From: Camelus ferus
Lineage: Eukaryota
DNA: 64,000 nucleotides
Direction: 5' to 3'
Assembly (NCBI RefSeq): GCF_009834535.1
Contig: NC_045707.1
Location: 59,894,001-59,958,000, forward strand
A model generated the notes under the pieces. That model saw only the letters and a program-made list of their open reading frames with translations. It made no database searches and had not been told where the DNA came from. The position numbers were made by a program, and so were the translations under genes. This document shows positions 1 to 14,300 of the stretch, piece after piece. Numbering within the stretch: position 1 is the stretch's first letter; each line of letters begins with the position of its first letter.

Positions 1-499
1 ATCCGAGAATCTCTTCAGTTTGTTCCTACCAGTCATTCCCAAGGTTTTAGTTTCCTGTGCCCAGTCCTAACTTACAACCCACTGCTTTCATCTTCTGCTG
101 CTCAGGACTCACATAGCTAGCTAAAACTCCATTTCAAAAGGGATTTACAATTCAAAACAGAAAATCAAATTACCTAATTTTGTTTTTCTCATCAAACAAA
201 AAACAATATTGTGTTAAAATCGTAATTTTGCTTTCAGGAAAAAGAGGAAAAAAACTTATTGTCATAATTCAGCCTTATATTTTTCATGTGAATAGCTTTC
301 TTTGTAATACTTAACCAAAATAAGATCTTTATTGGACAGCAGGTTAGGATCACTAATTCATTTACTCAACAAACAGCACAGGGAGTCTGTACTAAGCCTG
401 ATGTTAGGCACTGGGCATACAGGGAGACCCAGGACTTCAAGTGCTGAGCCCTTGTAGTTATAAGCAAAGGTCACTGTGAAGAGCTACAAGACAAGTTGG

Positions 500-656
500 G
501 TATTTTTTGTTTGTTTGTTTGGGGGGGTGGGTTTGAGCAGGGACGCAATTAGGTTTATTTATTTATTTATTAATTTTTTAATGGAGGTACTGGGGATTGA
601 ACCCAGGACCTCTTGCATGCTAGGCATGTGCTCTACCACTGAGCTATACGCTCCCA
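500..656 (-). mobile_element. Vic-1-type camelid tRNA-derived SINE
   Basis: Reverse complement has A-box TAGCTCAGTGG, B-box GGTTCAATCCC and an aaataaacctaatt tail. 16-bp TSD ctacaaga(c/t)aagttgg at 484-499 and 657-672. Confidence 0.9.
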
Positions 657-979
657 CTACAAGATAAGTTGGAATGTGAATATCAACGTCTGAAATTGCC
701 AAGGAGACACCAAAGGAAGCTCAATTCAACTACTCTAGTGGGTGGTTCCAATCCTATCACTGGTCACATGTAACAGTAAACATATACTGGCTCAAAACAT
801 TAAGAAAGTTTCTCTGCATGTATTACATCTGGAATGACTGGTTTATCTAAATGCAGGTTTAAAAAAGATGTGCAAATTATAAGCTGTTAAATATATTGAG
901 CAAGTGTAATTTAAAAAAAATCTACCTGAAGGTATTGAAACTATTAGTGTGTGTGTGTGTATATATGTCTTTGATCAGA

Positions 980-1075
980 GCTCTGACACTATAACCTTGA
1001 GAAAGTTACACAGTCATTCTGGGCCTCAGATTTCTCATATTCAACCTGAACTATGCAATCTCTAAGATTTCTTTT
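980..1075 (+). mobile_element. MIR SINE fragment
   Basis: Core-like 'aaccttgagaaagttac...ctgggcctcagatttctcat'. Confidence 0.6.
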
Positions 1076-2149
1076 TCTTTTTTGGCTTTAAAACTCTGTA
1101 ACTATTACGTGGAACACATTCTTCATCTACTAAGACTTAACATTCCTGGCATATTAAGTATTCATGTACCTTGTATTATTATTTAAACTCCACGCTACTC
1201 TTTCATTTTCAGAGAACATAATGGCTTCACCATGCTTTTCTGGTACCCTTTTGGTTTTACACTTTGTACCTCGAGTGGTCTGATGCTACCTGACTGAAAA
1301 TGGGTTTCCATAATACATATTTTAGACCAATACTGCCTGGAACAGAGATTTAAATAGTGATGCCTTTACTGATTGGCAAACATTTTACTTGTTCTAGCTT
1401 TAGTAAAATTTTTGTCTAAGAGGAGCTCAGGAAACATGCGGCTCTGTGGATCTTATCATTTGGCAAGAAGACCATCAGTAACAGATGAGTTGAACTACAA
1501 TATAAATGGATATAATTATGACTTCAAATCATTTGCTAACTTGATGGGAAAATATGCATGTATTTTAGTAACTATTTTAAAGTTCTTTTTGACCTTAGTA
1601 CTTTTGCCCTGATACTAATTGTTGTCTGACCTTATAATGTTCTGAGATTCGAAACAGTGTTCAACTCCCTGTGAGATCATGGAAAGCATTTTTGTAAAGT
1701 CTTCCTGTTGGTGTGATAGTGAAAATTTATTATCAAATTTATTATGGATAATAATTTATGATAATTCAATGTTTTCTTTATATGTAATGCGAAACTGATG
1801 ATCTCACTCATTGCTCAATGTATATTGCTTCTGAAGGTAGGGAGTTTTGGGTTTTTCCATATATGCAAAAATATGCAATATAAATAGTTCAAATATTAAT
1901 TTGGTAATTGGTCGAACTGACCTTTAAGACCTTTTCAAACACTTAATTCATTAAATTTATGGCAGGAGAAGAAGTTATTGTCTTCTTCATCATGGAACAA
2001 TGATGGCCTCCCATTGCAATTTTGTGCACTAGAAAGATGACAAAATATCTTCTATAATTGCTTTTTTCCCTCTGACTTTCATTGCTCTAACTATGACTCT
2101 GATTACCCTAACATCCCATTCTCTAGTGCATTTTAACCAGGACATTTCA

Positions 2150-2355
2150 GCAGCAAAGGTCAACAGAACTTCCTGCCTCAATGAAAATGCTGTGTATGCG
2201 TGCTGTCCAATATGGCAGCCACCAGCCACATGTGATGACTGAGCACTTGAAGTACGGCCAGTGCAACTGAGGAATGGAATTCTTTATTTAATTTTAATTA
2301 ATTTAAGCGGTAATAGCTACAGTGGCTGGTAGATATTGTATCAGTAAGCACATAT
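2150..2355. mobile_element. MER3-like hAT-Charlie non-autonomous DNA transposon
   Basis: 'gctgtccaatatggcagccaccagccacatgtg...gagcacttgaa...tttaattaatttaa...gtggctggt' matches the recalled MER3 consensus. Confidence 0.8.
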
Positions 2356-3059
2356 AGAGCATTCAAATCTTTTGTAAGCTCGGGTTGGTTTCTATTTTGC
2401 AATAGTTGTTCTAGTTTTATTTTCTCTTGGAAATAATCCTAAATTTTTTATTAGGTGCTCTCTAAGACTTTCAGAAGAAACTAAATAACACTTCAGTTAA
2501 TAGCATTCTATTAAAATTAAGTTCCCCTCTACAAAAGCCTATTTTTAATTATGTTTGTAAACAAGAGTATGAAAGGCCCATTATCTCTGAGAAAAAAATA
2601 AAACAGCAGTGTGTGCTAATGGACCCCTAGTCTTTCTGAATATTGGAAAGAATCTAGCCACATAAAACAAGCATATAAAGGGCTGATTACATTTTCTTAC
2701 TTGGGAAAGTGCTCTCCTAAGCACCAACAATAAAGTCTTTCTTCAGGAAAGAATCTTAATACTTTTGGCCAATCAAAATTATAAGACTTTAAAGAATAGA
2801 ATTCATGTATAAGGATCTGGTGGTCAGTGTAAATTACAAAATAACATCACAGCAAGTTTTGGAGAATAGACATGCATAATATTTCAGCGGTAAGGTCATC
2901 AACAAACCTACTGACATCATGTATTTTATATAGTAGTATGGCTCATCTGAGATTTTTTTTTTTTCATGTTTGTGTTCTCTCTTCCCCAGCAAGAGAGTTG
3001 TGGGAAATTATCTTCAAGTCACTGAAATGGACTCTGTCTAGTGTCCAAGGAAATTTTAC

Positions 3060-3410
3060 TAGAAGCACACTATCCAGGTCAAGAGAGTATAATCAAGCAC
3101 ATTGTGTTGGACAGTAGGGGGAAAAGATGGTGTCTGGTATCTAAGGGTAAATGCCCAAAGAGGAGAGACCCTGGGAACAAGTCTGATGCAGCATCCCCGG
3201 TGTCAGCTGATACTTGGGAAGTAAGTATATGTACGTGACTTGAAAAGGAGGAACACTGAACTCTGCGGCTTGGAGACAAGATTGGAGGAGGAATGGGGAT
3301 TAAGATCAAACAGGGCCCCATGGGCCATGTTAAGGAGAGTTCACATTGTACTCTGAATGCACTGAAAAGTCACTGAAGGGTTTTAGGAAGACAAGACTGG
3401 AAGCACTGTG
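3060..3410 (-). mobile_element. L2 LINE fragment
   Basis: 'ggccatgttaaggag...actgaagggttttagg' is typical of reverse-oriented L2. Confidence 0.5.
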
Positions 3411-6400
3411 CATTAAAAAAATCACTGTTACGCTCATGAATACTCTTAGTGTCACATAGGCTAGACCACTGATTTAGTATCTGATAATGACTATGGAAGA
3501 CATTTCATAAATGGCAAGTGCTCCGGAAAAGTTAAGGCACTTTATTTTTCTTTTTTTAACATTACTGTGTACTTTTCTCTGAAAGCAATGTGGAAATCAC
3601 TGCATCAGTTCATAATTATATAAAAATATTTTACATAGCAAAGCAGACTAAGACATTAATTACAAAATTCATGTTGTTTTTAAAGTTTAACCCTAAATCT
3701 TTCCCCAGTGTTAATGAGAAAATACATGTATATACAAGGTGTTGTTCATCTGTTATCTGCAAACATTACGATCTGCCCATACCAGCAACTGTTACAAGAG
3801 AGAAGCCCTTCTTAACTGAGACAGAATAAGGTCAGACTTCTACACTATACCCAACAATGTTGCTTAATCAAACAGCTGGTAAGAATTCAGAGGAGAACAT
3901 GCAATTTTAATGAAAAATATAAAGTAGAAAATTAACTACCAGCAGCAAAACATGAAAAGCAAGCAAGAAAACTAATGTGGTTTCGGTCACCCTCCTAAGA
4001 AGAGGCAGCCTTGCCTGAGAACTGCACATGCACATTTTGACAAGTACCCTACAGCTATGAGCATGCGCGAAAACACGGACATTAGGAAAATGTAATGCTT
4101 GTCACCACAGCACTATTGAAAACTATTATCAAAGTAGAAAATCAGAAGGGTCATTTAAACAGAATACTATTCTCATCTTCATTCTGCATCTCACAAATCA
4201 AACATACAGTAAGGTAGTCCAAAGATGGGCACAGATACAGTTAATTTTTTTTTTTAATATTCCCTCAAAAATGATATGGAGATGCCTTGAAATGGCTAGC
4301 AGTCTTACCTCTGGGATGGGCCCTACTTCTCATTCATTTCTGCCAGGATGAACAAATTCTGAATGTGAATGTGGTCCAACAGAACATCCTGCCTCACTCC
4401 AGGAGAGCAAGGCAGCTCACATACCTGCATGTACTCACATGTGTCGCTGGCACAGCCAGGAGACCCGGGAGCCAAGCTTTTCTGGTTATTTGGTAGTGGA
4501 TGAGGCTGGCAAGATTGGGAAGCTGAGATGGAGTGTGGCCCTACCTGTGTGGACTGGTGATTTTTCTCTGTGTAGCCCATCAAATTTAAACGTGACCTGT
4601 GTTCTTTACAACATATTTTCCAACAATTAAACGAAGCTTCCTGATGTGATTTAATGAAATCCGTCACCTTTCATCAGACAAAAAACCTTGAATCTAAGTC
4701 CCCAAATGTGACAAGGCTAATGTGACCAAACCAGGTTGAATGCCAACAAAAAAACTGCAGTTTTCCAAATCTGGACTCTCATTTTTCATACCTTTTTGAA
4801 GTCTTTTTGCTCAAAGAAAGTATACCATACCTGGACTCATGGAGCATAAAAGTTGAATAGAAAACTAGAAAGGCCTCTGAAGATTTATATCCTTCCAGCA
4901 GACTTTTAACAAAACATTAATAAATTGGATGTTCTTAAGAAAGAAGTGAAATTACTTGAGATATAATTTCCATGCACATAGAAAAGATGCTAAATATAGG
5001 TAGATGAAAATTTAAAATTAAATCATAGACCACTAAGTAAAATAAAAAAATGCAACCTGGTAAGTTCTTTGACTTTGGGCCAGTCTTTCCTGAGAACAGA
5101 CATGAAGAGTATGTGACCTACAGCTCCACAGAGTTGCAAGAGTAGACAGAAATGCAAGGAAATGTGCTTTATAAACTACAGTTTGCTACTTAAATATTAG
5201 GAATATTTAATTCAATTATATTCAGAAAATATTCAGTTAGGAGCCTAACCTACTTTATTAATACAAAGAGGTGGTGATGAATGTACACGGATAAACTCAT
5301 TAGTAACACAGTTACTAATGTAAGTGTAGTAACACTTACTGTTACCTACCCACAAGCACTAGTAGGCACTCCATAAATACACAAATACACATTGAATTCG
5401 GCCAAAATACTGTATCATTTAAATTTGTGTACAATTTGTAAATTGGTAATTTCTACCTTCAAACAAAAGATTACACTAAGATACAATATATAACAACTAA
5501 GAGTAGCATTGCTAACCTGAATACTAACCTCCATCTCTGTCTCTGAACTTGATGACTTTTCTAAACCTGGTTAGTCAACTGGAAGACAGCAAGCAAGGTG
5601 TAGGGCCTTCTGAGTAGACTGTAGAAAATTCTTAGCCAAAAGTGCATCTGTTGGGCACGATGAACTATTTTACCACGATGCAAAAATGCTCGCAAGAAAT
5701 AGCTCCTAAACCAGCAATATAATATTGCACATTTTAATATATCCTAACCAATTACAATGCCCAGTGTAATATGTGTTGAGAAGCATTTATAAAGGAGTTT
5801 ATTCTACAAAATATGAAAAAGTGATTACAGAGAATGATTCCAAAAGTGATTAAAAGGTATATATTTTTATTGCATTATTGCTTGGCATTGACATCTCCAG
5901 ATTCAAATTGGAGCACAATAATTGTGCTGTTCTATGAAACATACAAATGATCGACTATACAAAATTTATTTTTAAGTCAAGGAAAAACCAATACATATGG
6001 GACAGAGTCCTAAAATTGATTTTCAAGTCAGTTGGTGAAAATTGTGAGTGTACTGCCCATATATATCATGTAACAGAAGCCGCTTAGGATCCCAGGCCAA
6101 TTGAAAAAACTACCTAGTGCAGCTCAAAAATCGAGTAACAGCAGTCTCCCTTAACTCCTGTAAAATCCTCTAAGCTCTCTTGATCCCCAAGTTACACTGA
6201 GCAGGAGGATCAAGCTTGGGGAAATAAGGCAGAAAAATTATAAATATACTACTAGACTGTAAATATGCTAGAAGCAAGCACCGCATCTCATTAACGTATC
6301 TCCCTCCATGCTGTTTTACACATATTTTCAAACATTCACAAAAGTTGAAATAATTTTACAGTGAACATCTATATACCTACCACTAGACTCTACAATTAAC

Positions 6401-6844
6401 ATACTTCTGGTTTGCTTTATCACATATGTTTGCAATACATAATTTTACATTCTCTATCTCACTTTGGAGATGATAAAGCATCAGTTGATGTATTAAGGAT
6501 TTGTCTTATGTCTCTCCCTTTGAAAACAGAAACAAACCCACACTAATGTTTAGAATTTAGAAGGTAAATTTTTATTTATAATTACCATGAATTAAGGATA
6601 ACTTGTACTTGTCAACATGCCAAGGCCGGCAAGTGTTTTGGTTTATCAAATTTGTCATCTTATGGAAAAAAAAGCTTGAACTCACAGACTTCTTCTAACC
6701 AGCTCCAGGGTTAAGCTCTAGTCACATGTGGCTGACCTTGTACCCATATTTTAAGATGAATATTCTGAGCACCAATTAGCCTCTCACTCCCTCCAGAAAA
6801 CTGGCAAACTGAGCAGTGGCCTCAGAGGAACTGCTAACACCAAG

Positions 6845-6845
<1 letters not shown>

Positions 6846-6901
<56 letters not shown>

Positions 6902-6912
6902 CGTGTGCGCGC
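6846..6912. repeat. (TG)n microsatellite running into (CG)n; 67-nt perfect purine-pyrimidine alternation
   Basis: Read directly: cgtgt...gtgcgcgcgcgcgtgtgcgcgc. Confidence 0.97.
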
Positions 6913-7119
6913 CTAAATGCAGATGGGAGACAGAAGTCTCAAATGGGCTGCTGTGATTGGAGCTAACGCAGAAGTCATTCAGCATCAGTATTTCCAGGTT
7001 CTCATAGGAAATCAAATGTTGAGAAGGGAGTAACACTTTTGCCCTTCAGCTTACCTTCCAGCCTCTGCCCACAGAGGAGAGACCATGTCCAACTTCTTAT
7101 TCACCCCCAAGAGCCACCA

Positions 7120-7310
7120 ACTGAGTATTTCCTACAAGTGAGGTTCTGTTCCAAACTCTTTGTACATGATTATTTTCACTACTCCCGTTTGATGAAATAA
7201 CACAAATGGGAAAATGAGGCAAAGACAGAAGTTGGGTAATTTGACAATGTGCCAAAGCCAAGACTCAAACTCAGGTAGTCACTCTAGATCCTTTGCTCCC
7301 ATTCCCTACA
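7120..7310 (-). mobile_element. MIR SINE
   Basis: 'acaaatgggaaaatgaggc...agccaagactcaaactcagg' is reverse MIR core and head. Confidence 0.65.
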
Positions 7311-8229
7311 CTCCCTACAGATCTTCCCAAAGACACTGCTAGCTCTCTGGGCAAGTCCTGAGTGAAAGAGCAGGCCATGTTTAATTACTGGGCAGTGTTT
7401 CTTCTGCACAAGGTAGGGTTATGAATCTCACCACTTTTTCCCATTGTATTGCTCATTTGTGGTGAGCTCACGTAAACGGCTCCTCCTCTTTGGGAAAGTT
7501 TTCTCCATCCATCATCATCCACACAACTAACTTGGTTAATATTTTCAGGTCTGCTCAGTGGAGAAATGATCTCAGGTTTGAGAAACTAGAAAACCCAGGT
7601 TTGGCTTCTGGACCTAAGGAACCACAGCTTCTCAGAGAAGATCTACTTTAGGGTAGTTCAGAATCATATATATGAGATATACATAGATATGTATACACAC
7701 ACACACACTCTTTTATAATGCTACTCCCTTGTTCTCATTTATCCATTGTTTTGGATATATTTCTCTTCCTCAGCAGGGAAACTCAGAGGTAAAGAGGAGT
7801 GAATGGGAGGATTTCACATAAAAACTCACCCCAAATCCCAAACACCAGATTCAATGAATGACCCATAATTGTCTTTTGTTTGCTTTTTAGTGAATGAGGG
7901 AAAAGGCAGGAGCTGGAAAAAGGGGCTGGCAACTACTTCAGCAACTGCTTGGGACAATTTCAGCTGCAGAGGCCATCGACAATGGTGTGATGGTGGGAGC
8001 TGGCAGCAGTGTCCTGGGAATGGCTCACCTGTTAACTGAGTGTTTATAAGTCAGGATCAACCATATGGTACAAACGTTGATGTTATCCTCTTTCTAGGGT
8101 ATGCACTTTGGATATCCGAGAATAAAATAGGAATGAATAAAAAGCATAGAAGAATTCTTGAAAGTTTTAAATTCCAAGCAGCTGTACTAACATAGAGTCA
8201 AACACCAACCCAGCACTCTCGATACCGAA

Positions 8230-8435
8230 TGTCTTTAGTTTAGGTTTCCCCAGAGCAGACCAGAAATAATGATTCAAAAGCAAGTAGTCAATTTGGCTGT
8301 TGAGTCCAGGAAATACTAGGAAAGAAGTCAGGAAGGGAGATAAGAGCCAGAAGATAGAAAATGAAGGGCGTCTTATCACAGGAGTAGGTAACTGAGAGCT
8401 TAATCCCACTGAGGACCTCCCAGGCACGGTCCCTT
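8230..8435 (-). mobile_element. Ancient ERVL LTR fragment (LTR33/LTR16-like)
   Basis: 'tgtctttagtttaggtttccccagagcagacc...aagtagtcaatttgg...ccaggaaatactag' resembles the recalled LTR33-type end. Confidence 0.6.
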
Positions 8436-8436
8436 G

Positions 8437-8598
8437 GGCACTGCTTCTCAAATAGGCTAAGCATTAGCATCGCCAGGGGGTCTTGTTAAAGATGCATATT
8501 CGGGAGTTTTTGCCTGGGGTCTGAGACTCTGCATTCCTTATATGTGCACAACAGAGAACGCTGCTGCTGTTCCTCAGAACATACTTTGAAGAGCAAAA
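8437..8598. mobile_element. MER5-like hAT-Charlie element
   Basis: 'cactgcttctcaaa...cttgttaaagatgca...gagactctgcattc...atactttgaagagca'. Confidence 0.65.
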
Positions 8599-9412
8599 AT
8601 GTTGATGATTTCCTGCTTGTTTCTCAAATGTTCTCAATTTGCATAGAAAATGGACAGAATTTCTTATGTCCACTGCTTTCATAGTGTATCATTAACTCTG
8701 CTTTGTTTCATATAACTCTTAGTCTAGGCATTGCATCTCCACTGAATATCATCAATCTTGGAAACATTAGGTCAGTTTCTATGGAAGGAAAACACAAGAA
8801 TTTCTGTCCACCCCGTCGTAGCACTACTAAATCAGATGCCTCTGCTCACAAGCTGGTAGCTTGCTGTCCATGGAAACAAACGAGCATCTCAGCCCACTCC
8901 CAACTCCCCTGACTCTTCTCTGCTTACACATTTGTTGTTGCCCCCCCATTCCAGTCTAGTGCCAACTTGTATTCCGATTTTGAGATCAGTCTCAAATCTG
9001 TGGCCTTTGGAAATGAGAAATAAGCCTATTTGCCTGATTTTGATACTCAGCTCTCTTTAATGGTATGTTTTCACACATTCACAGATTATTACCCACTTGG
9101 CTACCTCCAGGCAAGCTTTCTGGAAGCTCAGTCCTCATGTTTATACTCATCTGGAACCTCAACACAACCAGTGGGACACGGTGGAACTATTGTTTGACAA
9201 TGGTGAGGCTGTATTCAGATGTTCATGTGGTCAAATGGAGAAAAGTCCCAGCCCCTTTATAAACATAACCTTAAAGAGAAACTAAGAATACTATGATTGG
9301 CCATTCAGAACAGGTCACAAAATATTATAATGTTTGTTTTAAAAAGTTATGTATTTAGATACACAAGATATAAATATATGCATAAAAATCTAATTATAGA
9401 TGTATAGAAAAG

Positions 9413-9507
9413 TGGATCATGTAGTACTGTAGTGAGTACTCACTGAAAAAAATCTAAATATAAGCAGACCCACACAGTTCAAATCCACATTATTTAAGGG
9501 TCAACTC
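9413..9507. mobile_element. Half of a MER8/Tigger2-derived MITE
   Basis: Ends in the TIR-like 'cagttcaaatcc...aagggtcaact', the same end seen in the copies at 27416 and 28409. Confidence 0.7.
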
Positions 9508-11895
9508 CATCTCAAAAACTAGAAGTCTGGATAATTAGTAGTAACAGGATGACTAGTCAGTTTTGTAGAAGCCCTCACTCCATTCATATGAACAGTCAAT
9601 TTTCGGAATTGTGTGACTAATAAATGATGTGGTTTTGCTTCAGAAACCTCATCCTCCTTCATGGTCCCTTTTACAGATATTGTACACGCTAACAACAACA
9701 ACAAAAGAAGTCAGGCAGATTTATAAACATAAAAGCACCATGTAATGAGTCCAACCTTCAAGACTATCAAAGAATGAAAGGGCTGGATCTATCCTAAGCC
9801 TCTCTTCTTTAGTGACTTATCTTCATATGTTATCTTAAGAAGACAGATCTTTAATCAGCTTCCAACATAACCAATTTCAAGTAGTCCTCAACCCCTGCGA
9901 GAATAACCCCAATACACATCCTGACTCTTAGACGACGCTATTTTACCATCACTACAAGAAAAATGCAACAAATGCACTCTAAATTAAAAGAATCAGCGCA
10001 CTAAAAACAAGTTAAAATTAGGCTAACTTTAAATTGATAAAGTATTTTTACTCTATAAAGCAGTGGCAACCATAAGTGGGTAAGATTATCAGTAAAATTA
10101 TTAGAGTTGCCTAACACAGTCACATGCAGATATTCACCTACATCACACTTCTGTTTGATGTCAACTGAAAAAAAGAAGAAAAAAAAAAAAAGAGCACAAC
10201 TAGTCCATGTGGACAGATAGTGATGAAGCACTCACTGTCACTTGCAGATAATGCTTTCTCTAACTCCCCAATTAAACTTGACTGTAAGTCCACAATATCA
10301 CAGGGGCTGCCCTTAAAATAATATGCTTGCTCCATCAGCATTCCCTTTTCTATTAATAAGTACAATCATTTTTCTCATTTCCCATGATTATCCACATCTC
10401 AAACAGTCACATTCACTACACTCAGGGTACATAACTTCTGAAATAATCGTCATCTCTCAGAAAGACATGGTGTGTTAGAATTCATCACGAGTTTTTTGCA
10501 GGGCAGTGTGAAGATAATGCTCACATGTAAAAGACATGATTTGAGGAAGTAAAAAAACTAGGGTGGCATCAATCTTGGACATTTCTATAAAAGTAAATAT
10601 TTCCACACACATACCTTTCTGCTTTAGAGAATAGAGAAACAAAATAATTCCAACAGGTCACTGTATGTTTATTGCACTTCACTGCCATAATTTCAAAACG
10701 TGTATCCTGCTACCCTTTTCATTAGTACCTAGTAAACTGCTGACTAAGACTGATGTTTTGGATTAATACACAAAATATGCATGGAGCAATAAAGCAGTGT
10801 CCCAGGGCTGTCTGAATGGCAGACTGCAACAATTAGACTGACAGTAAAATCCACCAAGCTGTGCTTTTCAGTTCAAGGTCACAATTAATTATACAGAAGT
10901 GACAGTTGTACCGATAGGGCTTTCACAGTTCCAGGCGGTTTTGCAGAAATAATCCCACACAGCAGTTCAACACATGGAAAGCAATAAACCAACTTCACTG
11001 GCATCAGTGAGCAAACAAGGGTCAAAAGGTCAAGTTTTCAAAAATAAACACCTCATTATGGACGTTCAGGAGCTTTGAGAAGCCATCATAATTTTCTCAT
11101 CTGGAACATTCCAGTAGCTCAATGCCAAGAACAGGATTATGGGCCAATACAAACTGAAAGTTCCACTGATAGAAATCTCAGGAATCAAAAAAGGCAACTG
11201 AATTCCACCTAGCCCTACACTAAACCAAGGTGACTTGAAATCCTTAGAAATATTCTCAACTCCTATAAGATCCACATTTCTGGTTTACCCATAACGAAGA
11301 GTGCTTCAACATAGGACTTGTGAAGATGATACATTTTTAACTTTCAAGCATGTTTTCTTTCTTCTGTGTAGGTTTAGTAAGGTGATGAGGCATTATTTAA
11401 AAGAAGCCCAAGAATTCACACACACTTTTGAACTCTTTAATTTTGAATAATAGTGTATGTATTTTTAGTACATAGATTCTTGAGGGACTGATCCATATTT
11501 TTATGGGGCCAAATATCTTAAGGAGGTAAAAAAACAGTTTTTATCTTTGTAAGAAGATATTTTCTTAATAAATCAGGAAGGACCAAGCCTGTGCCTGGTG
11601 TAAACACTCCATATGTGATCTCTTCTCTGACTTTTACCTTCTCCTTGCAATATAATATATATTCACAAACCCACATGTTCAATGTCCTAAAGATTTTTAC
11701 TTAGAAGCAGAGCATAAATATAAATCCATGTATTTTAAATCAAGAACAAAAGTTGGTGAGCTACTTATAGAATGAAAAAGAAATCAGTTATGCAGTGTTG
11801 AAAATAGCCTATACTCAAACCAGTTCAATGCATTTTGCTTTGAAAGTCTACCACATGTCAAACACTGTGAGAAGAACTTATTTTTCAGCAACACC

Positions 11896-11917
11896 AAAAA
11901 AAAAAAAAAAAAAAAAA
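11896..11917. repeat. poly(A) run
   Basis: About 22 consecutive A. Confidence 0.9.
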
Positions 11918-14228
11918 GACCTCTGGACTAAGTCATGAGTTAGAATTCATGCATTTTATTTTACTGATGCAAAACACTCAGCCTGTTAAATTAATTCATC
12001 ATGAAGGGCTACAAACACTTTAAGTAATTCTATGAATAATCTTATAATCTCCATTGGCAACTCCAAGGCGGCAGGCTTATGCCCAGAGCTCAGTCTACAA
12101 AGATTTATGATGCTACATTTCATTTTTCTCCTTGATACCAACTCACAAAACTGTCACTGAGATTAGGTGTTCCAACTGACACTTGGCAAATCTCAAGCTT
12201 AAGTATTGATCAACCTCAACCAATCCATCAACGTCTGGCTTCTTTGTTGCAAACGCCTACTCCAATTGGGTGGCCAGGAAATCATTAGAACCCAATTTTC
12301 CACCTTGATACAACTCATTGAAAATGTTCCTCCCTCCCTCATCTCCCTACCAACTAGAAGGTAAGGCTACAATAAAAATGGGGATTCTCTTGTTCCACAC
12401 CAAGCTGATTTTCTTTATTTTTTCCAGAGAATCGTGAATCTCCATAGTTTGTCTAAACTCTATTACTATTCTTTATGGGCCAAACAGTCCTCTGTGAAGT
12501 GGCCTGGGCAACAGAGCATCGTGATAGACCATGGTTTCAAGTCCCATTCAAGACATTTTCAAAATGACTCGTAAAATTCATTCCATTCCTCAGCGTGTAA
12601 TCCCTTCTGTGTTTGCAGAAAATCTCTCTTAGTCAGGAAATGAAAGGATAACACCTGCAAAGAGGCTTTTTCTTCCCACCAGATAAACAGGATTTCTATT
12701 AAAAATGAGAACTCTGGAGTATTAATTGCTTACCTTACCCACTTCTGCTCTCACTAACCCAACACACTAGGTAAATCAGCATCAGTGTGAAGGACATTTT
12801 TAAAATGTGGACAGAGAAAAAGGATTAAATGGCTTCTCAGCAGTTAAGAAATTGAAGAGCATGCTTGCGTTGGAAACTTATTTTGCCCTCTCTTTTCGAT
12901 TAACATCCTTAGTGCCAGCAGGAAGGGAAAAAAAATGCTGGCTATCTGAAACACCAACAGCATTCTTGGTAACACACTTACTTGTTGCAGACATTTATAT
13001 CCACAATGAATACAGACATCTTGGATTTTTTAGTACTTCATGTGGGCTGAGATTTACTTATACTGCAGGTGAACTTAATGAATGAGCCAAACTTGGGCGT
13101 AAAGGATCCATCCATTTCTGCCCGGATTGATGCAAAGGGCTCACTGGAGCCCTCTCTTCCAGTGGCACTGGTCATAATGTCAGAACAAATTAATAAGCTA
13201 TTGACTCTTTATGGCCTCTTCTAAATGTCTTACTTCCCAAACTGTGAAAGAGCTAGTTGTCTTCTGGGGGTACAAAGTGATGATCAAACAAATTTCTGAG
13301 ACAGATGTATAAACAAACGTTAATTATGTCCCTTAGATCCAGGTCTAACTAAAAATCTTCTTTGTATTATCTCATTATTCCTTGCTTTTGTGCCTTTGCC
13401 CTCGGTCCCCACACACCTCTCCTGTACTAATGGATTCAGTGAAAGCCCCACAAAAGATAATATATTTCACTGAGTAGGTGTTCTCTCCCGGGCCTATCCC
13501 TGACCCTTCTGATAAGTGCTCTCCAGATGCTTCTCACAACGGTGCAACAGTTTAGCAGGTAAGGGTTTCTAAAAAAGTAGTAAAATGAATGCAACCCTCA
13601 CTATTCAATTCCCAGCCTCCTACTCAGAAGCTCTCTAAACCCATTTAAAAAAAAAAATATTAGCACAGTCCTTTCTTGATATTTGCTATTAGTTCTTTCA
13701 ACATCACACATGAAGGATCACACCACAGCTCACAGCAGCCTCACAACTCACTTTGCAGGCTAGCTAGAAAACACAAGATGCTAAAGTGCCCCAAGGACAT
13801 GAAATCAGAGAATTTCAAACGCCATCTATGCCGTCTAATGGCAGCAAGGCAAGGGTTCTCTTTTAGGAGAGCTCTAACGTGCTCCATTACTCCAGAGGTG
13901 CCCCAGGACTCACACCTCACCCTGAAACTCAGAAAGCTGCTCACATGAGGTCAAATCAGCATATCATTAGACTCAAGTCAACAGTGAGAGAACAAAGTGT
14001 AAACCTTTACCAACTCACCAGATGGATGAATCCAGACGACTTTAGAAACAAAACCAGTTGATCATGAATCCAGGCCCATACATAGCAACACTTGGCTATG
14101 GGGCAGGACTTACTTCCCGTGGCATAGCGTGCTATTTTATCTCTCAAAGCACATTCATTTTCAACTTACAAAATAATATGTAAGCATAAACAAAAATAAC
14201 CAAGCAAAAGGAAATGTATGTGTCTTAC

Positions 14229-14300
14229 CTTCTTCTGATCTTCTAGCTTGTGGCTCACTGGACTTTTCCCATGTCTGTTCATCTCTGAAGATAAATCCAT
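14229..14300 (-). CDS. NAV3: Alternative first coding exon (24 codons, MDLSSEMNRHGKSPVSHKLEDQKK) of neuron navigator 3, upstream long isoform
   Basis: ATG at 14300 in strong context (gtgATGg), open frame for 72 nt, then a phase-0 donor AAG|GTAAGA at 14229/14228. The peptide end GKSPVSHKLEDQKK parallels the recalled NAV2 alternative N-terminus (...KRKPVIHGLEDQKR|IYTDWANHYL). The paralogue call (NAV3) rests on recall and the AT-rich context, not on a search. Confidence 0.8.
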
